Shown in pieces: positions 8,598-18,611 of a stretch of DNA of 64,000 nt. This stretch comes from a bacterium. Its GTDB lineage: Bacteria; Zixibacteria; MSB-5A5; WJJR01. The DNA is taken from the NCBI GenBank assembly GCA_035559435.1, contig DATMBC010000103.1:11693-75692 (forward strand). The letters run 5' to 3'. A program made the translations under genes and the position numbers. The notes under the pieces are model-generated. The model had not been told where the DNA came from. It made no database searches and worked only from the letters and a program-made list of their open reading frames with translations. How positions within the stretch are numbered: the first letter of the stretch is position 1; each line of letters begins with the position of its first letter.

Positions 8598-11282
8598 ATG
8601 TCGGTCCGGAATCTTGACTATCTCTTTCGCCCGCGGCGCATCGCGCTGATCGGCGTGACGATCAATCCCAACTCGGTGGGCGGGCGGGTGTTGGCCAACC
8701 TGGTCACCGGCGGGTTCGGCGGGGTGGTTTATCCGATCAATGCCGAGAGCGAGGCGGTGATGGGGATCCCCTGCTATCCCAACCTCGCCGCCCTCCCCAA
8801 GACCCCCGATTTGGCGGTGATCTGCGCCGCCGCGGTGAAGGTCCCCGATGCCGTGCGCGAATGCGGCGAAGCCGGGGTCAAGGCGATCATCATCATGACC
8901 GCCGGGTTCCGTGAAATCGGCGAGGCGGGGCGCCGTCTGGAGGACGACATCCGCCAGGTGCAGGCGCGTTTCGATGGCCTGCGCATCCTCGGTCCCAACT
9001 GCCTCGGGATCATCGTGCCGGGGCTGAATCTCAATGTCAGTTTCGCCCTCGGCATGCCCAAGCCGGGGCATGTTGCCTTTCTGTCGCAGTCAGGGGCGCT
9101 GTGCACCGCGATTCTCGACTGGGCGATCATGGCGAAGGTCGGGTTTTCGTATTTCGTCTCGGTCGGCAACGGGCTCGATGTCGGCTTCGGCGATCTCATC
9201 GACTACTTCGGCGAGGACGACAACACCAAATCGATCATCACGTACATCGAATCAGTCAACAACCCTCGCGCCTTCATGACTGCGGCGCGGGCTTTCGCGC
9301 GCACCAAGCCGATCATTGTCTACAAGGCGGGCCGTTTCGCCGAGTCGGCGGCGGTGGCTAGTTCACACACCGGGGCGATGGCCTCCTCCGATGCGGTCTA
9401 TGAGGCCGCCTTCCGCCGGGTGGGGATGGCGCGGGTCTTCGACATTGGCGACATCTTCGACTGCGCCGAGCTGATCGGCCGCAACAAGATCCCGACCGGC
9501 TCGCGGTTGGCGATTGTCACCAACGCCGGTGGGCCGGGCGTCATGGCGACTGATGCCCTCATTGCCGCCGGTGGATCGCTGGCCCGGCTGTCGGCCTCCA
9601 CCATCGCCGGCCTCAATCAAGTCCTGCCGCCGTCCTGGTCGCATGCCAATCCCGTCGATGTCCTCGGCGATGCCACCCCCAAGCGCATCGAAAAGGCGAT
9701 GCAGATTGTCCTGGATGATCCGCAGGTCGATGCGCTGCTGGTGATCGTCACGCCGCAGGCGATGACCAATCCCACCGGCATGGCCAGGGCCGTAGGCACG
9801 CTGGCCGCATCGACCAGCAAGCCGATCCTCGCCGCTTGGCTGGGGGGGCAGTCGATGCGCGAGGGACGGCAACTGTTGATCGACGCCGGTGTTTCCGCCT
9901 ATCGCACCCCGGAGCAGGCGATCCGCGCCTTCATGACGCTGGTCGCCTACGCGCGCAACCTCGAAACGCTATACGAGACCCCGAAGGACATGCCGGTCGA
10001 TTTCGCCTGGGACCGTCGGCAGATCCGCGCCGATTTCATGGCGCAGATCGGCGAGAGCGTGATCCTGCCCGAGCACATTGCCAAGTCGCTGGTTGCGGCC
10101 TACGGCATCCCGACCACCCGCACGCTGGTCGCCGCGGATGCCGAGGCGGCCTGCGCCGCCGCTGACCAATTGGGCTACCCCGTCGTGCTGAAAATCCTCT
10201 CGCCTGAGATCACGCACAAATCGGATGTCGGCGGGGTGGCCCTCAATTTGCCCGATGCCGCCGCGGTGCGCGCCGCCTTCGCCGCGATCACGGCAGGGGC
10301 GGCGGCGACCATGCCGCAGGCGCGCATTGACGGGGTGACCGTCCAGCCGATGGCAACTGTCCGCGACACGGTCGAACTGATTGCCGGCATCCGCAAGGAC
10401 CCGGCCTTCGGCACCGTCATCCTGGTCGGCATGGGCGGGGTCACCGCCGAACTGTTCGGCGACCGCGCCATCGGCTTCCCGCCGCTCAACGAACGGCTGG
10501 CGCGCTGGATGCTCGAATCGCTCAAAATCTGGCCGTTGCTCAAGGGCTACCGCGGACGTCCCCCGGTCGATGTCGGCAAGCTGATCGAGTCGCTGATCCG
10601 GCTGTCCTATCTGGCGGCGGACTATCCCGAAATCGCCGAGCTGGACATCAACCCGCTTCTGGCCGGCCCGCAGGGGGTGGTCGCGCTCGATGCCCGTATC
10701 ATCCTCGATCGCGAGGCGGTCGGACGGGACGCGGAGCCGTATGCGCACCTGGCGTTGCGGCCCTATCCGGAGATGTATGTCAAGCGGGTGACGCTCAAGG
10801 ACGGCACCGAGGTGCTCCTGCGGCCGATCAAGCCCGAGGACGAGCCGCTCTGGATGGCGATGCTGGAGTCCTGCTCGAAGGAGACGATCTACTCGCGCTT
10901 CCGCTACTTCTTCCACTGGGCCTCGCACGCGGTGGCGGTGCGCTACTGCTATATCGACTACGACCGCGAAATCGCCATTGTCGCCGAGCACAACGCCGGC
11001 GGCAAGCGACAGTTGCTCGGTATCGGGCGGTTGATCGCCGATCCCGACCGTGAGACGGTCGAGTACGCTGTCCTCATCACCGATGCCTGGCAGAAGAAAG
11101 AGCTGGGCAGCATTCTCACCGACCACTGCCTGGAGATTGCCCAACGCTGGAAGATGAAACGAGTGGTGGCGCAGACCACCACCGACAACCGCCCGATGAT
11201 CGCGGTCTTCGAGAAGCGCGGCTTCGCCGTCACCTATGCCGACGACGACACCACGGTCGACGTCGAGCGCCATCTTGCCTGA
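8598..11282 (+). CDS. Pat-like protein lysine acetyltransferase: NDP-forming acyl-CoA synthetase domains fused to a C-terminal GNAT
   Basis: CoA-binding N-domain 'RIALIGVTINPNSVGGRV'; succinyl-CoA-synthetase-like and ATP-grasp regions; C-terminal GNAT 'EIAIVAEHNAGGKRQLLGIGRL...FEKRGF'. Its 894 aa match Pat/YfiQ architecture. Confidence 0.85.
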   Translation: MSVRNLDYLFRPRRIALIGVTINPNSVGGRVLANLVTGGFGGVVYPINAESEAVMGIPCYPNLAALPKTPDLAVICAAAVKVPDAVRECGEAGVKAIIIMTAGFREIGEAGRRLEDDIRQVQARFDGLRILGPNCLGIIVPGLNLNVSFALGMPKPGHVAFLSQSGALCTAILDWAIMAKVGFSYFVSVGNGLDVGFGDLIDYFGEDDNTKSIITYIESVNNPRAFMTAARAFARTKPIIVYKAGRFAESAAVASSHTGAMASSDAVYEAAFRRVGMARVFDIGDIFDCAELIGRNKIPTGSRLAIVTNAGGPGVMATDALIAAGGSLARLSASTIAGLNQVLPPSWSHANPVDVLGDATPKRIEKAMQIVLDDPQVDALLVIVTPQAMTNPTGMARAVGTLAASTSKPILAAWLGGQSMREGRQLLIDAGVSAYRTPEQAIRAFMTLVAYARNLETLYETPKDMPVDFAWDRRQIRADFMAQIGESVILPEHIAKSLVAAYGIPTTRTLVAADAEAACAAADQLGYPVVLKILSPEITHKSDVGGVALNLPDAAAVRAAFAAITAGAAATMPQARIDGVTVQPMATVRDTVELIAGIRKDPAFGTVILVGMGGVTAELFGDRAIGFPPLNERLARWMLESLKIWPLLKGYRGRPPVDVGKLIESLIRLSYLAADYPEIAELDINPLLAGPQGVVALDARIILDREAVGRDAEPYAHLALRPYPEMYVKRVTLKDGTEVLLRPIKPEDEPLWMAMLESCSKETIYSRFRYFFHWASHAVAVRYCYIDYDREIAIVAEHNAGGKRQLLGIGRLIADPDRETVEYAVLITDAWQKKELGSILTDHCLEIAQRWKMKRVVAQTTTDNRPMIAVFEKRGFAVTYADDDTTVDVERHLA

Positions 11283-11371
11283 TCCGCCCCGCCGTTTTCT
11301 TTAGCCCAGGGTTCAAATCGGTCGGAACCTCCTTCTACCGCCGCCGGTATTGTGATGGAAGAGGAGGTTTT

Positions 11372-12061
11372 ATGTCCGTATTGTCCCGTATTACGGTTCG
11401 CCCGTCGGTATCGTCTCTTGCGGTCCCGCTGTTCGCCGCGCTGATCGTGGCTTTTGGCTGCGGCGATGACAAGTCCGGCAACGGCGGCGCCTCCGGGCCG
11501 CGGTTCGATCCGGCCGAAATCACCATCGTGGTCGGGGACACGATCCGCTGGGTCGCCACCAGCGGCGATCACACCGTGACCTCCGGCACCGGCGCCCAGG
11601 ACCCCAACTCCGGCCAGTTGTTCAACGCCAGCTTGCCGGAAGGGGATGAGTTCCGGCATGTCTTCAACGCCACGGGGACATTTGACTACTACTGCATTCC
11701 GCATGAGGCCAACGGAATGGTCGGCACGGTGACCGTCGAAGCGGCCGAACCGAGGATTGTCGATGTTTTTGTTTCGGGTGTGACATTCAATCCCGCGGTG
11801 GTGACCATCAACCCGGGCGATCAGGTGCGTTGGACGGTCAATGGCTCGCACACGATCACCTCCGGCGCAGGCCCCACCGATCCCAACGCCGGCGACCGTT
11901 TCGATGAGACCGTCAACACCGGCAGCGTGATCACTGCCACCTTCAATGACTTGGGGACCATCCCTTACTTCTGCCAATTGCACTTCGCCATGGGGATGAC
12001 CGGCACGATCAATGTTGTGCCGCGCACGTCCAGGACGGTCGAAGTCGAAGCGCTGGATTAG
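11372..12061 (+). CDS. Lipoprotein with two tandem type-1 copper (cupredoxin/plastocyanin-like) domains
   Basis: Lipobox 'VAFGCGDD'; two blue-copper ligand sets 'YYCIPHEANGMVGTV' and 'YFCQLHFAMGMTGTI', with upstream His in 'SGDHTVT' / 'GSHTITS'. Confidence 0.8.
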   Translation: MSVLSRITVRPSVSSLAVPLFAALIVAFGCGDDKSGNGGASGPRFDPAEITIVVGDTIRWVATSGDHTVTSGTGAQDPNSGQLFNASLPEGDEFRHVFNATGTFDYYCIPHEANGMVGTVTVEAAEPRIVDVFVSGVTFNPAVVTINPGDQVRWTVNGSHTITSGAGPTDPNAGDRFDETVNTGSVITATFNDLGTIPYFCQLHFAMGMTGTINVVPRTSRTVEVEALD

Positions 12062-12086
12062 TCGCTGACGGATTCTGGACACGAGC

Positions 12087-12103
12087 GCGGCCCGGCGGGC
12101 CGC
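12087..12103. terminator. GC hairpin (7-bp stem) between the convergent cupredoxin and lpxH genes
   Basis: GCGGCCC-ggc-GGGCCGC. A bidirectional terminator is inferred. Confidence 0.3.
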
Positions 12104-12109
12104 CCTTCG

Positions 12110-12841
12110 TCATGTCCAGCGTTCGGCGCGGAAGACGCCGTTTTCGAGGATGACGTAATCGAAGTTTTCGTACCACTCGCCGGTATTGACCCACCAGCCG
12201 TTGCCGATCCGGCGCACCCATCCCTGATGGACATGCCCCATGATGACGGCGTCGAAGCCGGCCTTGAGCAAGTCGGCGGCGACGCGGTCATACTCCTCCA
12301 GGAACTTCGGCGGCCGCTTGCCGGTCAGGTCGCGGGAGCGTCCCGAGGAGTAATTGGCCAGCCGGAAGGCCCAGTCGGCGGGGATGTGGCGGTAAAGCCA
12401 GATCGACACCGGCGACCGCAGGACCTTTTTCAGCGCCCGATACCCACGGTCGGACGGCGCCTTGCCGTCGCCGTGGGAGATGTACAGCCGCAGTCCCTGC
12501 CGGTTGATGGTCAGGTCGCCGCGGTGCAGTTCCGTCCCCAGTTGGCGGGGGAAGAAATCCCGCGCCCAGCAGTCATGATTGCCGATGACCAGGTGAAAAG
12601 GGCATCCGGCGGCGGTCAGTTCGCGGATGGCGGCGGTCACCTCGACCGGGTGGTGCGGAATCCAGTGCTTGTATTCAAACCAGAAATCAAAAAGATCACC
12701 GAGGAAGAAAACCTCCGCGCCGATTGCGCGCGCATGGTGTAGAAAGCCGGTGAAGCGACGAATCTTCTCCTGTTCCTGCGTCGGGGCGTGGGCCCCGAAG
12801 TGGGCGTCGGAGAAGAAGAGCACGGGGCGGTCATCGGACAT
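12110..12841 (-). CDS. lpxH: UDP-2,3-diacylglucosamine hydrolase
   Basis: Calcineurin-like metallophosphatase with LpxH motifs 'LFFSDAHFG', 'FFLGDLFDFWFEY' and 'GHVHQ'. Start set at MSDDRP. Confidence 0.85.
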   Translation of the reverse strand: MSDDRPVLFFSDAHFGAHAPTQEQEKIRRFTGFLHHARAIGAEVFFLGDLFDFWFEYKHWIPHHPVEVTAAIRELTAAGCPFHLVIGNHDCWARDFFPRQLGTELHRGDLTINRQGLRLYISHGDGKAPSDRGYRALKKVLRSPVSIWLYRHIPADWAFRLANYSSGRSRDLTGKRPPKFLEEYDRVAADLLKAGFDAVIMGHVHQGWVRRIGNGWWVNTGEWYENFDYVILENGVFRAERWT

Positions 12842-12979
12842 TGCGGGGACATGATACATCCCGGCCGCCAATGACCCAAGGACGGATCCACGCCGCGGCG
12901 GAGTATGGCTTGACAGGGGTTGACGGCGGGTGATACTTGACGGCGCCGGCGGATGGTTCCGCCGCGCAGCGAGGGGATA

Positions 12980-14245
12980 TTGGACAAATTCGTCATCAAG
13001 GGTGGACGGAAACTCTCCGGCACGGTCCGGATTGACAGCTCGAAGAACTCCACTCTGCCGATCATCTGCGCGGCCCTGCTGGCCGAATCCGGCAAGACGG
13101 TCTTAACCCACATTCCCGATCTGGTCGACATCCGCACCGCGATTGCCGTCTGCGAGCATGTCGGCGCGCGCTGTGTCTACGACGCCCAGGCCCAGACGCT
13201 GACGATCGACGCCTCCGGTGTGACGGGGCACGAGGTCCCCTACGATCTCATGCGCCGCATGCGCGCCTCGTTCCTCTACCTGGGGGCGCTACTGGGCCGT
13301 CTCCGCGAGGCCAAAGTGTCGCTACCCGGCGGCTGTGCTTTCGGGCCGCGTCCGGTGGACCTTCACATCAAAGGCTTCGAAGCGCTGGGTGTGAAGTTTG
13401 TCGAAGACCACGGTTACGTCCATGGTGACGGGGCGAACATGAAGGCGGCCACGTTTGTCTTCGACCGTCCCACCCACACCGGCACCGAGAACCTGATGAT
13501 CGGCGCGGCAATGCTGCCGGGGGAGACGGTGCTGGTCAACGCCGCCTGCGATCCGGAAATCGAAGATGTCGCCGATTTCCTCAACAAGATGGGCGCCCGG
13601 ATCACCGGCGCCGGCACCACCACGATCCGGATCGAGGGGGTCAAATCGCTGCGTGGCTGCGAGCATCGCCCGATTCCCGACCGCCTCGAAGCCGGCACCT
13701 TCATGATGGCCGCCGGCATCACCAACGGCACAGTCGAACTCACCGACGTGACCCCGTCGCACCTGGAGGCGGTCACCGCCAAGTTGCGCGAGATGGGTTG
13801 CACGATCTCATGCGGCAGGCAGACCATGACCGTGACCGGGCCGGCCAAGCTCTGGCCAACACGGGTCATTGCCTTTCCCTATCCCGGCTTTCCCACCGAC
13901 CTGCAGCCGGCAATCCTGGCATTGTTGGCCGTGGCCGATGGCGCCTCGCTGGTCTCCGATACAGTCTTTCCCAATCGGTTTTCCCATGCCATGGAGATGA
14001 CCCGGATGGGGGCCGATATTCAGATTTCCGGCGACGAGGCCCGTATTTCGGGCGTACCGCGTCTGCATGGCGCGGCGGTGATGGCCGCCGACATCCGTGC
14101 CGGGGCGGGCGTGGTCCTGGCCGCCCTCGGCGCCGAGGGAATATCCGAGGTCCGTCGGGTGTATCACATCGACAGAGGGTACGATCACCTCGAGGTCAAA
14201 CTCGCCGGGCTGGGGGCCGACATCCAACGCGCCAAAGACGAATAG
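12980..14245 (+). CDS. murA: UDP-N-acetylglucosamine 1-carboxyvinyltransferase
   Basis: 'DKFVIKGGRKLSGTVRIDSSKNSTLPIICAALLA' aligns with the E. coli MurA N-terminus (MDKFRVQG...GAKNAALPIL). A TTG start at 12980 is proposed, with a GAGGGG RBS. The ORF track's upstream ATG is at 12953. Confidence 0.85.
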   Translation: MDKFVIKGGRKLSGTVRIDSSKNSTLPIICAALLAESGKTVLTHIPDLVDIRTAIAVCEHVGARCVYDAQAQTLTIDASGVTGHEVPYDLMRRMRASFLYLGALLGRLREAKVSLPGGCAFGPRPVDLHIKGFEALGVKFVEDHGYVHGDGANMKAATFVFDRPTHTGTENLMIGAAMLPGETVLVNAACDPEIEDVADFLNKMGARITGAGTTTIRIEGVKSLRGCEHRPIPDRLEAGTFMMAAGITNGTVELTDVTPSHLEAVTAKLREMGCTISCGRQTMTVTGPAKLWPTRVIAFPYPGFPTDLQPAILALLAVADGASLVSDTVFPNRFSHAMEMTRMGADIQISGDEARISGVPRLHGAAVMAADIRAGAGVVLAALGAEGISEVRRVYHIDRGYDHLEVKLAGLGADIQRAKDE

Positions 14246-14359
14246 CCCGTGGTTTTCACTGGAACTCCCGCCCGCCCATATAGTTTCTAAGCAGGGGGCA
14301 GAGCGCTTCCGCCGCGCCGCCGGGGTTAACAAGTCGCGCGGTCCCGCTGTCTGGACACA

Positions 14360-17300
14360 ATGCCGGAGATCAGGATGACAAGAGTCTGGTGCCTGTTGCT
14401 CGCGCTCTGTCTGCTTGGGCCCGCTTCCAACGCGCAGGCGCAATGGTTCGGGCAGAACAAGGTCCAGTACGGTAACTTCCACTGGAACTACATCACCTCC
14501 GAGCACTTCGATGTCTACTTCTACGAGGGCGGTTACGACTTGGCGGTCTTTGCCGTCGCGGTGCTCGAGTCGGCCTACGTCGATGTTTCCGCGCAGCTGG
14601 ACCACCAGTTGCGCCGTCGTGTCCCGACGATTATCTACCAGTCCCACAACGAGTTCCAGCAAACCAATGTCACCGAGAGTCTGCTGCCGGAAGGGGTGGG
14701 CGGATTCACCGAGTCGTTTAAGAACCGCATGGTCATGCCCTTCACCGGCTCGTATGAGGATTTCCGGCACGTCCTGCATCACGAACTGACTCATGCGGTC
14801 ACTTTCGACAAGATGTACGGCGAAGGGGTCGGCTCGATCATCTCCCGCCGCTCCTTCTTCGATCTGCCGCTGTGGTTTGCCGAAGGGTTCGCCGAGTACT
14901 CCTCGCGCCATGGCTGGGACACCTTCGCGGACATGGTGATCCGTGATGCCACGGTGCACGGTTACCTGATGCCGCTGCAATACGTGGGCGGGTATCTGGC
15001 TTACAAGCAGGGACAGTCGGCGGTGCTCTACCTGGCGGAGCGCTACGGCGAAGCGAAGATCGCCGAGTTGCTGAGCAAGGGGCGCTTCGAGATGACGATG
15101 GACAATGTCCTGCGCAAATCCATCGGCATGGGGGAGCGTGAATTCAACGACGAATGGCAAAAACGGCTTCGCAAGGAATACTGGCCGGAAATCTCCCAGC
15201 GCGAGGAGCCCAAGGATTTCGCCACGCAGTTGACCGACCACGAGAAGGACGGCTCCTACTACAACGACAAGCCGGTCTTCTCGCCGCGCGGCGACCGTCT
15301 GGCGCTCATTTCCGAGCGCGACGATTACACCGAAGTCAAGATCGTCTCGGTCGTCGACGGCAAGAAGTTGCAGCGGGTGCTGAAGGGCGGCTCCTCCGAT
15401 CGCTTCGAGTCGCTCCACTCCTATCTCTCCGGAATGAGTTTTTCGCCGAATGGCTCCACCCTCGCCCTGATCGCCAAGTCCGGCGGCGCCGATGTGCTCT
15501 ACCTGGCCAATGTTGATGGCAAGGGGGATGACCGCACGATCCGTCTGAAGGGTTTCACGTCGCTGCGCTCGCCGACCTATGCGCCCGACGGCCAATCGGT
15601 CGTGCTGGTCGCCTGCCGCCATGACGCCAACGATCTGTACCGTGTCGATTTGGCCACCGCGCAGGTGACGCAATTGACCGATGACCGTTTCGATGAGCAG
15701 GATCCCGAGTTTGCCCCCAACGGCAATCGTCTGGTTTTTGCCAGCGACCGTCCGTCGGACTCGACACGCCCGTTGCTGCTGGGCAAGACCCAGGAGCCGC
15801 GGACATTCCGCTATGGCCGCTACAACATCTTCGAAGCCGACCTCGACGCCGGGGTGGCGCGTCCGATCACCAACGATGACGCCGAGTCGAAGATGCCGGT
15901 GTACGCGCCGGACGGCGAGCGTATCTGCTATGTCTCCAATCTCAATGGCATCTACAACCTCTATGTGGTCGATTCGGGCGCCGCGCGTCAGTATCCGATC
16001 ACCGATGCGCTCTCCGGCTGCTTTTCGCCGAGTTGGTCGCCCGATGGCCAGAACATCGCCTTCTCCGCGTTTTTCAAGGGCGGCTTCGATGTCTTTCTGA
16101 TCAAGGAGATTCGTCCGCGCGGCGATTCGCTCGGCCACCTGGCGCCGACCGCGTTTGTGCGGCGGCTGGCCGGCGCCGATTCCGGGCAGTTTGTGCAACG
16201 GCGTGATATCGAACTGGAGGAGCGCGCGCCCAAGGCCCTCGAGGAGGACTTGGAGTTCACCTCCTATGTCAAGCGCGCCGAAAGCCCGTTTCGCAAGCAG
16301 CCACTGCCGCCGGTCGACACCGTCGCGGCGGCCGATTCCAATGCCGCTTCGGACTCCGGCGCGCAAGCGGTAACGCCGGACACCGCGGCCGCTGTCGCGC
16401 CGGCGCCCGTGCTTTCATCCTCCGACACCGCCGCGTCGGACGCGGCGGCTGTGCCCGACACCGGCTTTGAGGTGCACAAATACAAACTCAAGTTCTCACC
16501 CGATCTGGTGACCGGCGGGCTGGGCTATGACACCTTCTTCGGATTGCGCGGGCAGTCCTACTTCGTGATCTCCGACTATCTCGGCGACCACCAGATCTTC
16601 ATCGCCTCCGACCTGATCAACACGATTGATCAGTCCAACATCCAGATCTTCTACGCCTACCGCCCCAAGCGCATCGACTGGGGGTTTGGCATCTTCCATT
16701 CCAAGTACTACTACCTCGATTTCGACGACCGGTTGTTCTCCGACCGCACCTATGGTTTTCAGGGAATCGCCTCGCGACCGTTCTCGCGCTTTACCCGCCT
16801 GGAGTTCGACGCGATGATGATCTTCATCGACCGCCGCTACTTCGATCCCAACCCGCAGACCGGCGACTACGATGACCGTTCCGATCGCGTCGGGCTGGGC
16901 GCGCTGTCGTTGGTGCACGACAACGCCAACTGGGGACTGACCGGCCCGATGAGCGGCCGGCGTTACCGACTGACGCTCGAGGCGGCCCCGGCGGGTCTCT
17001 CGGAGGGTGTGGCCTACCAGGCGTTCACCGCCGATATGCGGCAGTACCTCCGTATCAGCGGCCGTTACAGTCTCGGGTTGCGCGCTGCCGGGGGCGTGTC
17101 GGGCGGCGACAACCCCAAGCGCTTCTACCTCGGCGGCGTCAGCAACTGGATCGGCTCCGACATCGCGCGGTCGGATGTCTACGACGTCGATGGACTCTAC
17201 TTTTCGCAGGTGATCACGCCGTTTCGCGGCTACGACTACTATGCGATTTCCGGCAACAAGTTCGCGATGGCCAATGTCGAGTTCCGTTTCCCGTTCGTCG

Positions 17301-17578
17301 ACTATCTGGCGATGCGCTTCCCGTTGCCCATAGTGCTCTCGCGCGTCGGGGGCGCGTTGTTTACCGACATCGGCGCCGCCTGGACCGACAGCGACCGCTT
17401 TCAGGGCGCGACATCGCAGGACGGTTTTCGCCTGAAGGACATCAAGATGTCCTTCGGTTATGGCCTGCGGGCCAACCTGGGATTTGTCGTTCTGCGCTTC
17501 GATCAGGCCTGGCGCACCGACCTCGATTCGGTGGCCGACCGGCCCGCCTTCTATTTCTCGCTCGGCGCCGACTACTAG
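14360..17578 (+). CDS. Large outer-membrane protein fusing an N-terminal HExxH metallopeptidase-like domain, TolB/PD40-like beta-propeller repeats and a C-terminal Omp85/D15 (BamA-like) beta-barrel
   Basis: Signal peptide; 'VLHHELTHAV' zinc-binding HExxH; repeated 'SP.G..LAF/YAPDG' PD40 blades; C-terminal 'FYLGG', 'GYGLRANLGFVVLRFDQAW' and a terminal aromatic 'GADY'. Confidence 0.8.
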   Translation: MPEIRMTRVWCLLLALCLLGPASNAQAQWFGQNKVQYGNFHWNYITSEHFDVYFYEGGYDLAVFAVAVLESAYVDVSAQLDHQLRRRVPTIIYQSHNEFQQTNVTESLLPEGVGGFTESFKNRMVMPFTGSYEDFRHVLHHELTHAVTFDKMYGEGVGSIISRRSFFDLPLWFAEGFAEYSSRHGWDTFADMVIRDATVHGYLMPLQYVGGYLAYKQGQSAVLYLAERYGEAKIAELLSKGRFEMTMDNVLRKSIGMGEREFNDEWQKRLRKEYWPEISQREEPKDFATQLTDHEKDGSYYNDKPVFSPRGDRLALISERDDYTEVKIVSVVDGKKLQRVLKGGSSDRFESLHSYLSGMSFSPNGSTLALIAKSGGADVLYLANVDGKGDDRTIRLKGFTSLRSPTYAPDGQSVVLVACRHDANDLYRVDLATAQVTQLTDDRFDEQDPEFAPNGNRLVFASDRPSDSTRPLLLGKTQEPRTFRYGRYNIFEADLDAGVARPITNDDAESKMPVYAPDGERICYVSNLNGIYNLYVVDSGAARQYPITDALSGCFSPSWSPDGQNIAFSAFFKGGFDVFLIKEIRPRGDSLGHLAPTAFVRRLAGADSGQFVQRRDIELEERAPKALEEDLEFTSYVKRAESPFRKQPLPPVDTVAAADSNAASDSGAQAVTPDTAAAVAPAPVLSSSDTAASDAAAVPDTGFEVHKYKLKFSPDLVTGGLGYDTFFGLRGQSYFVISDYLGDHQIFIASDLINTIDQSNIQIFYAYRPKRIDWGFGIFHSKYYYLDFDDRLFSDRTYGFQGIASRPFSRFTRLEFDAMMIFIDRRYFDPNPQTGDYDDRSDRVGLGALSLVHDNANWGLTGPMSGRRYRLTLEAAPAGLSEGVAYQAFTADMRQYLRISGRYSLGLRAAGGVSGGDNPKRFYLGGVSNWIGSDIARSDVYDVDGLYFSQVITPFRGYDYYAISGNKFAMANVEFRFPFVDYLAMRFPLPIVLSRVGGALFTDIGAAWTDSDRFQGATSQDGFRLKDIKMSFGYGLRANLGFVVLRFDQAWRTDLDSVADRPAFYFSLGADY

Positions 17579-17814
17579 GAATCCCGCTCTGACGCCGCCA
17601 CCGGGGTGGCTTGCTGAACAACCGTCGGATGCGGTATATTCCGCCCTCTCTGAATTCCGACGGGTGCTCGCGCGGCCGCTGCGGCCGGTCGGGACGGCGG
17701 AACCAGGCCGGGGAAAGATGAAACTTTCACAAGCGCTCAACGTCTGTTGTTCGCATGTCACGTCGCAGGCGGGACGGGCGACTCTCGTTCCGTAACGGGG
17801 AGGTGGATGTGGTG

Positions 17815-18567
17815 ATGACAGAGGACCTGCCGGTCGACAACACGGACGCTGCGACGGCGCCATCGCGCGAACGGCTCAGTTTCTTCGCCAAACTGTGGAA
17901 TCTCTACGTCAATCCGCGCCGGCTTTTTGCCGCGATTGGCGGCGGTCATGAGTGGGTGATCCTCTGGCTCATCATCGGCGCCGTCTCGATCGCCGGTTAC
18001 TATCCCATCCGTCCGATCATCAGGGCGACGCAGATGGAGCAGGTGGAAAAGCAGTTGGCCAACAATCCTGGCATCTCCGCCGAACAGCGGCAGGAAATTA
18101 TCGATGGGATGGCCGAGAATTTTGACAACCCGCTGTTCATGCTGTTGGCGCCGGTCTTTCAGTTGATCGCGCTGCTCTTTGTCGCGGCGGTGCTGCTGTT
18201 TATCGCCAACATTCTGCTGGGCGGCAACGCCCGGTTCCTCCCAATGCTCAACGCCTACGCCTGGACCGGGATGCTAACGATTCTGGGGACGTTGGTTGTC
18301 GTGCCGTTGGTGGCGGCAAAGGGCTCGATGGATGTGTCGCTGGGTCTGGGGGTGCTGACATCGCCGGACACCAACCCGTTTATCAAGAAGGTGCTGTCGT
18401 CATTTGAGTTGTTCGGTCTCTGGCAAGTCTGGCTGTCGTCGCTGGCCGTCTCGATTCTCGGTCCGGCGCCGATGTCCAAGTCGGTGACCGCGGTCTTTTC
18501 GGTCTGGTTTGTGTGGGTTCTGATCCAGGGCGGCCTGGCCACTCTGGGCATCAATCTGGGCACGTGA
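17815..18567 (+). CDS. Yip1-family (DUF1282-like) integral membrane protein
   Basis: 'LWNLYVNPRRLFAAI...WVILWLIIGAVSIAGY' plus several TM segments. RBS GGGGAGGTGG lies before the ATG at 17815. Confidence 0.6.
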   Translation: MTEDLPVDNTDAATAPSRERLSFFAKLWNLYVNPRRLFAAIGGGHEWVILWLIIGAVSIAGYYPIRPIIRATQMEQVEKQLANNPGISAEQRQEIIDGMAENFDNPLFMLLAPVFQLIALLFVAAVLLFIANILLGGNARFLPMLNAYAWTGMLTILGTLVVVPLVAAKGSMDVSLGLGVLTSPDTNPFIKKVLSSFELFGLWQVWLSSLAVSILGPAPMSKSVTAVFSVWFVWVLIQGGLATLGINLGT

Positions 18568-18611
18568 AAAGCGCCCGCAGGGGCGGAGGGTGATCGATGA
18601 AGGAGAGGTGC

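Noticed and set aside
11234-12082. 282-aa minus-strand ORF opposite the cupredoxin gene
   Set aside because: The + strand product has a lipobox and two complete type-1 copper sites. The minus ORF has no features.
13808-16366. 852-aa ORF on the minus strand
   Set aside because: Antisense to murA and to the peptidase-propeller-Omp85 gene, which carry clear motifs. Same high-GC artefact.
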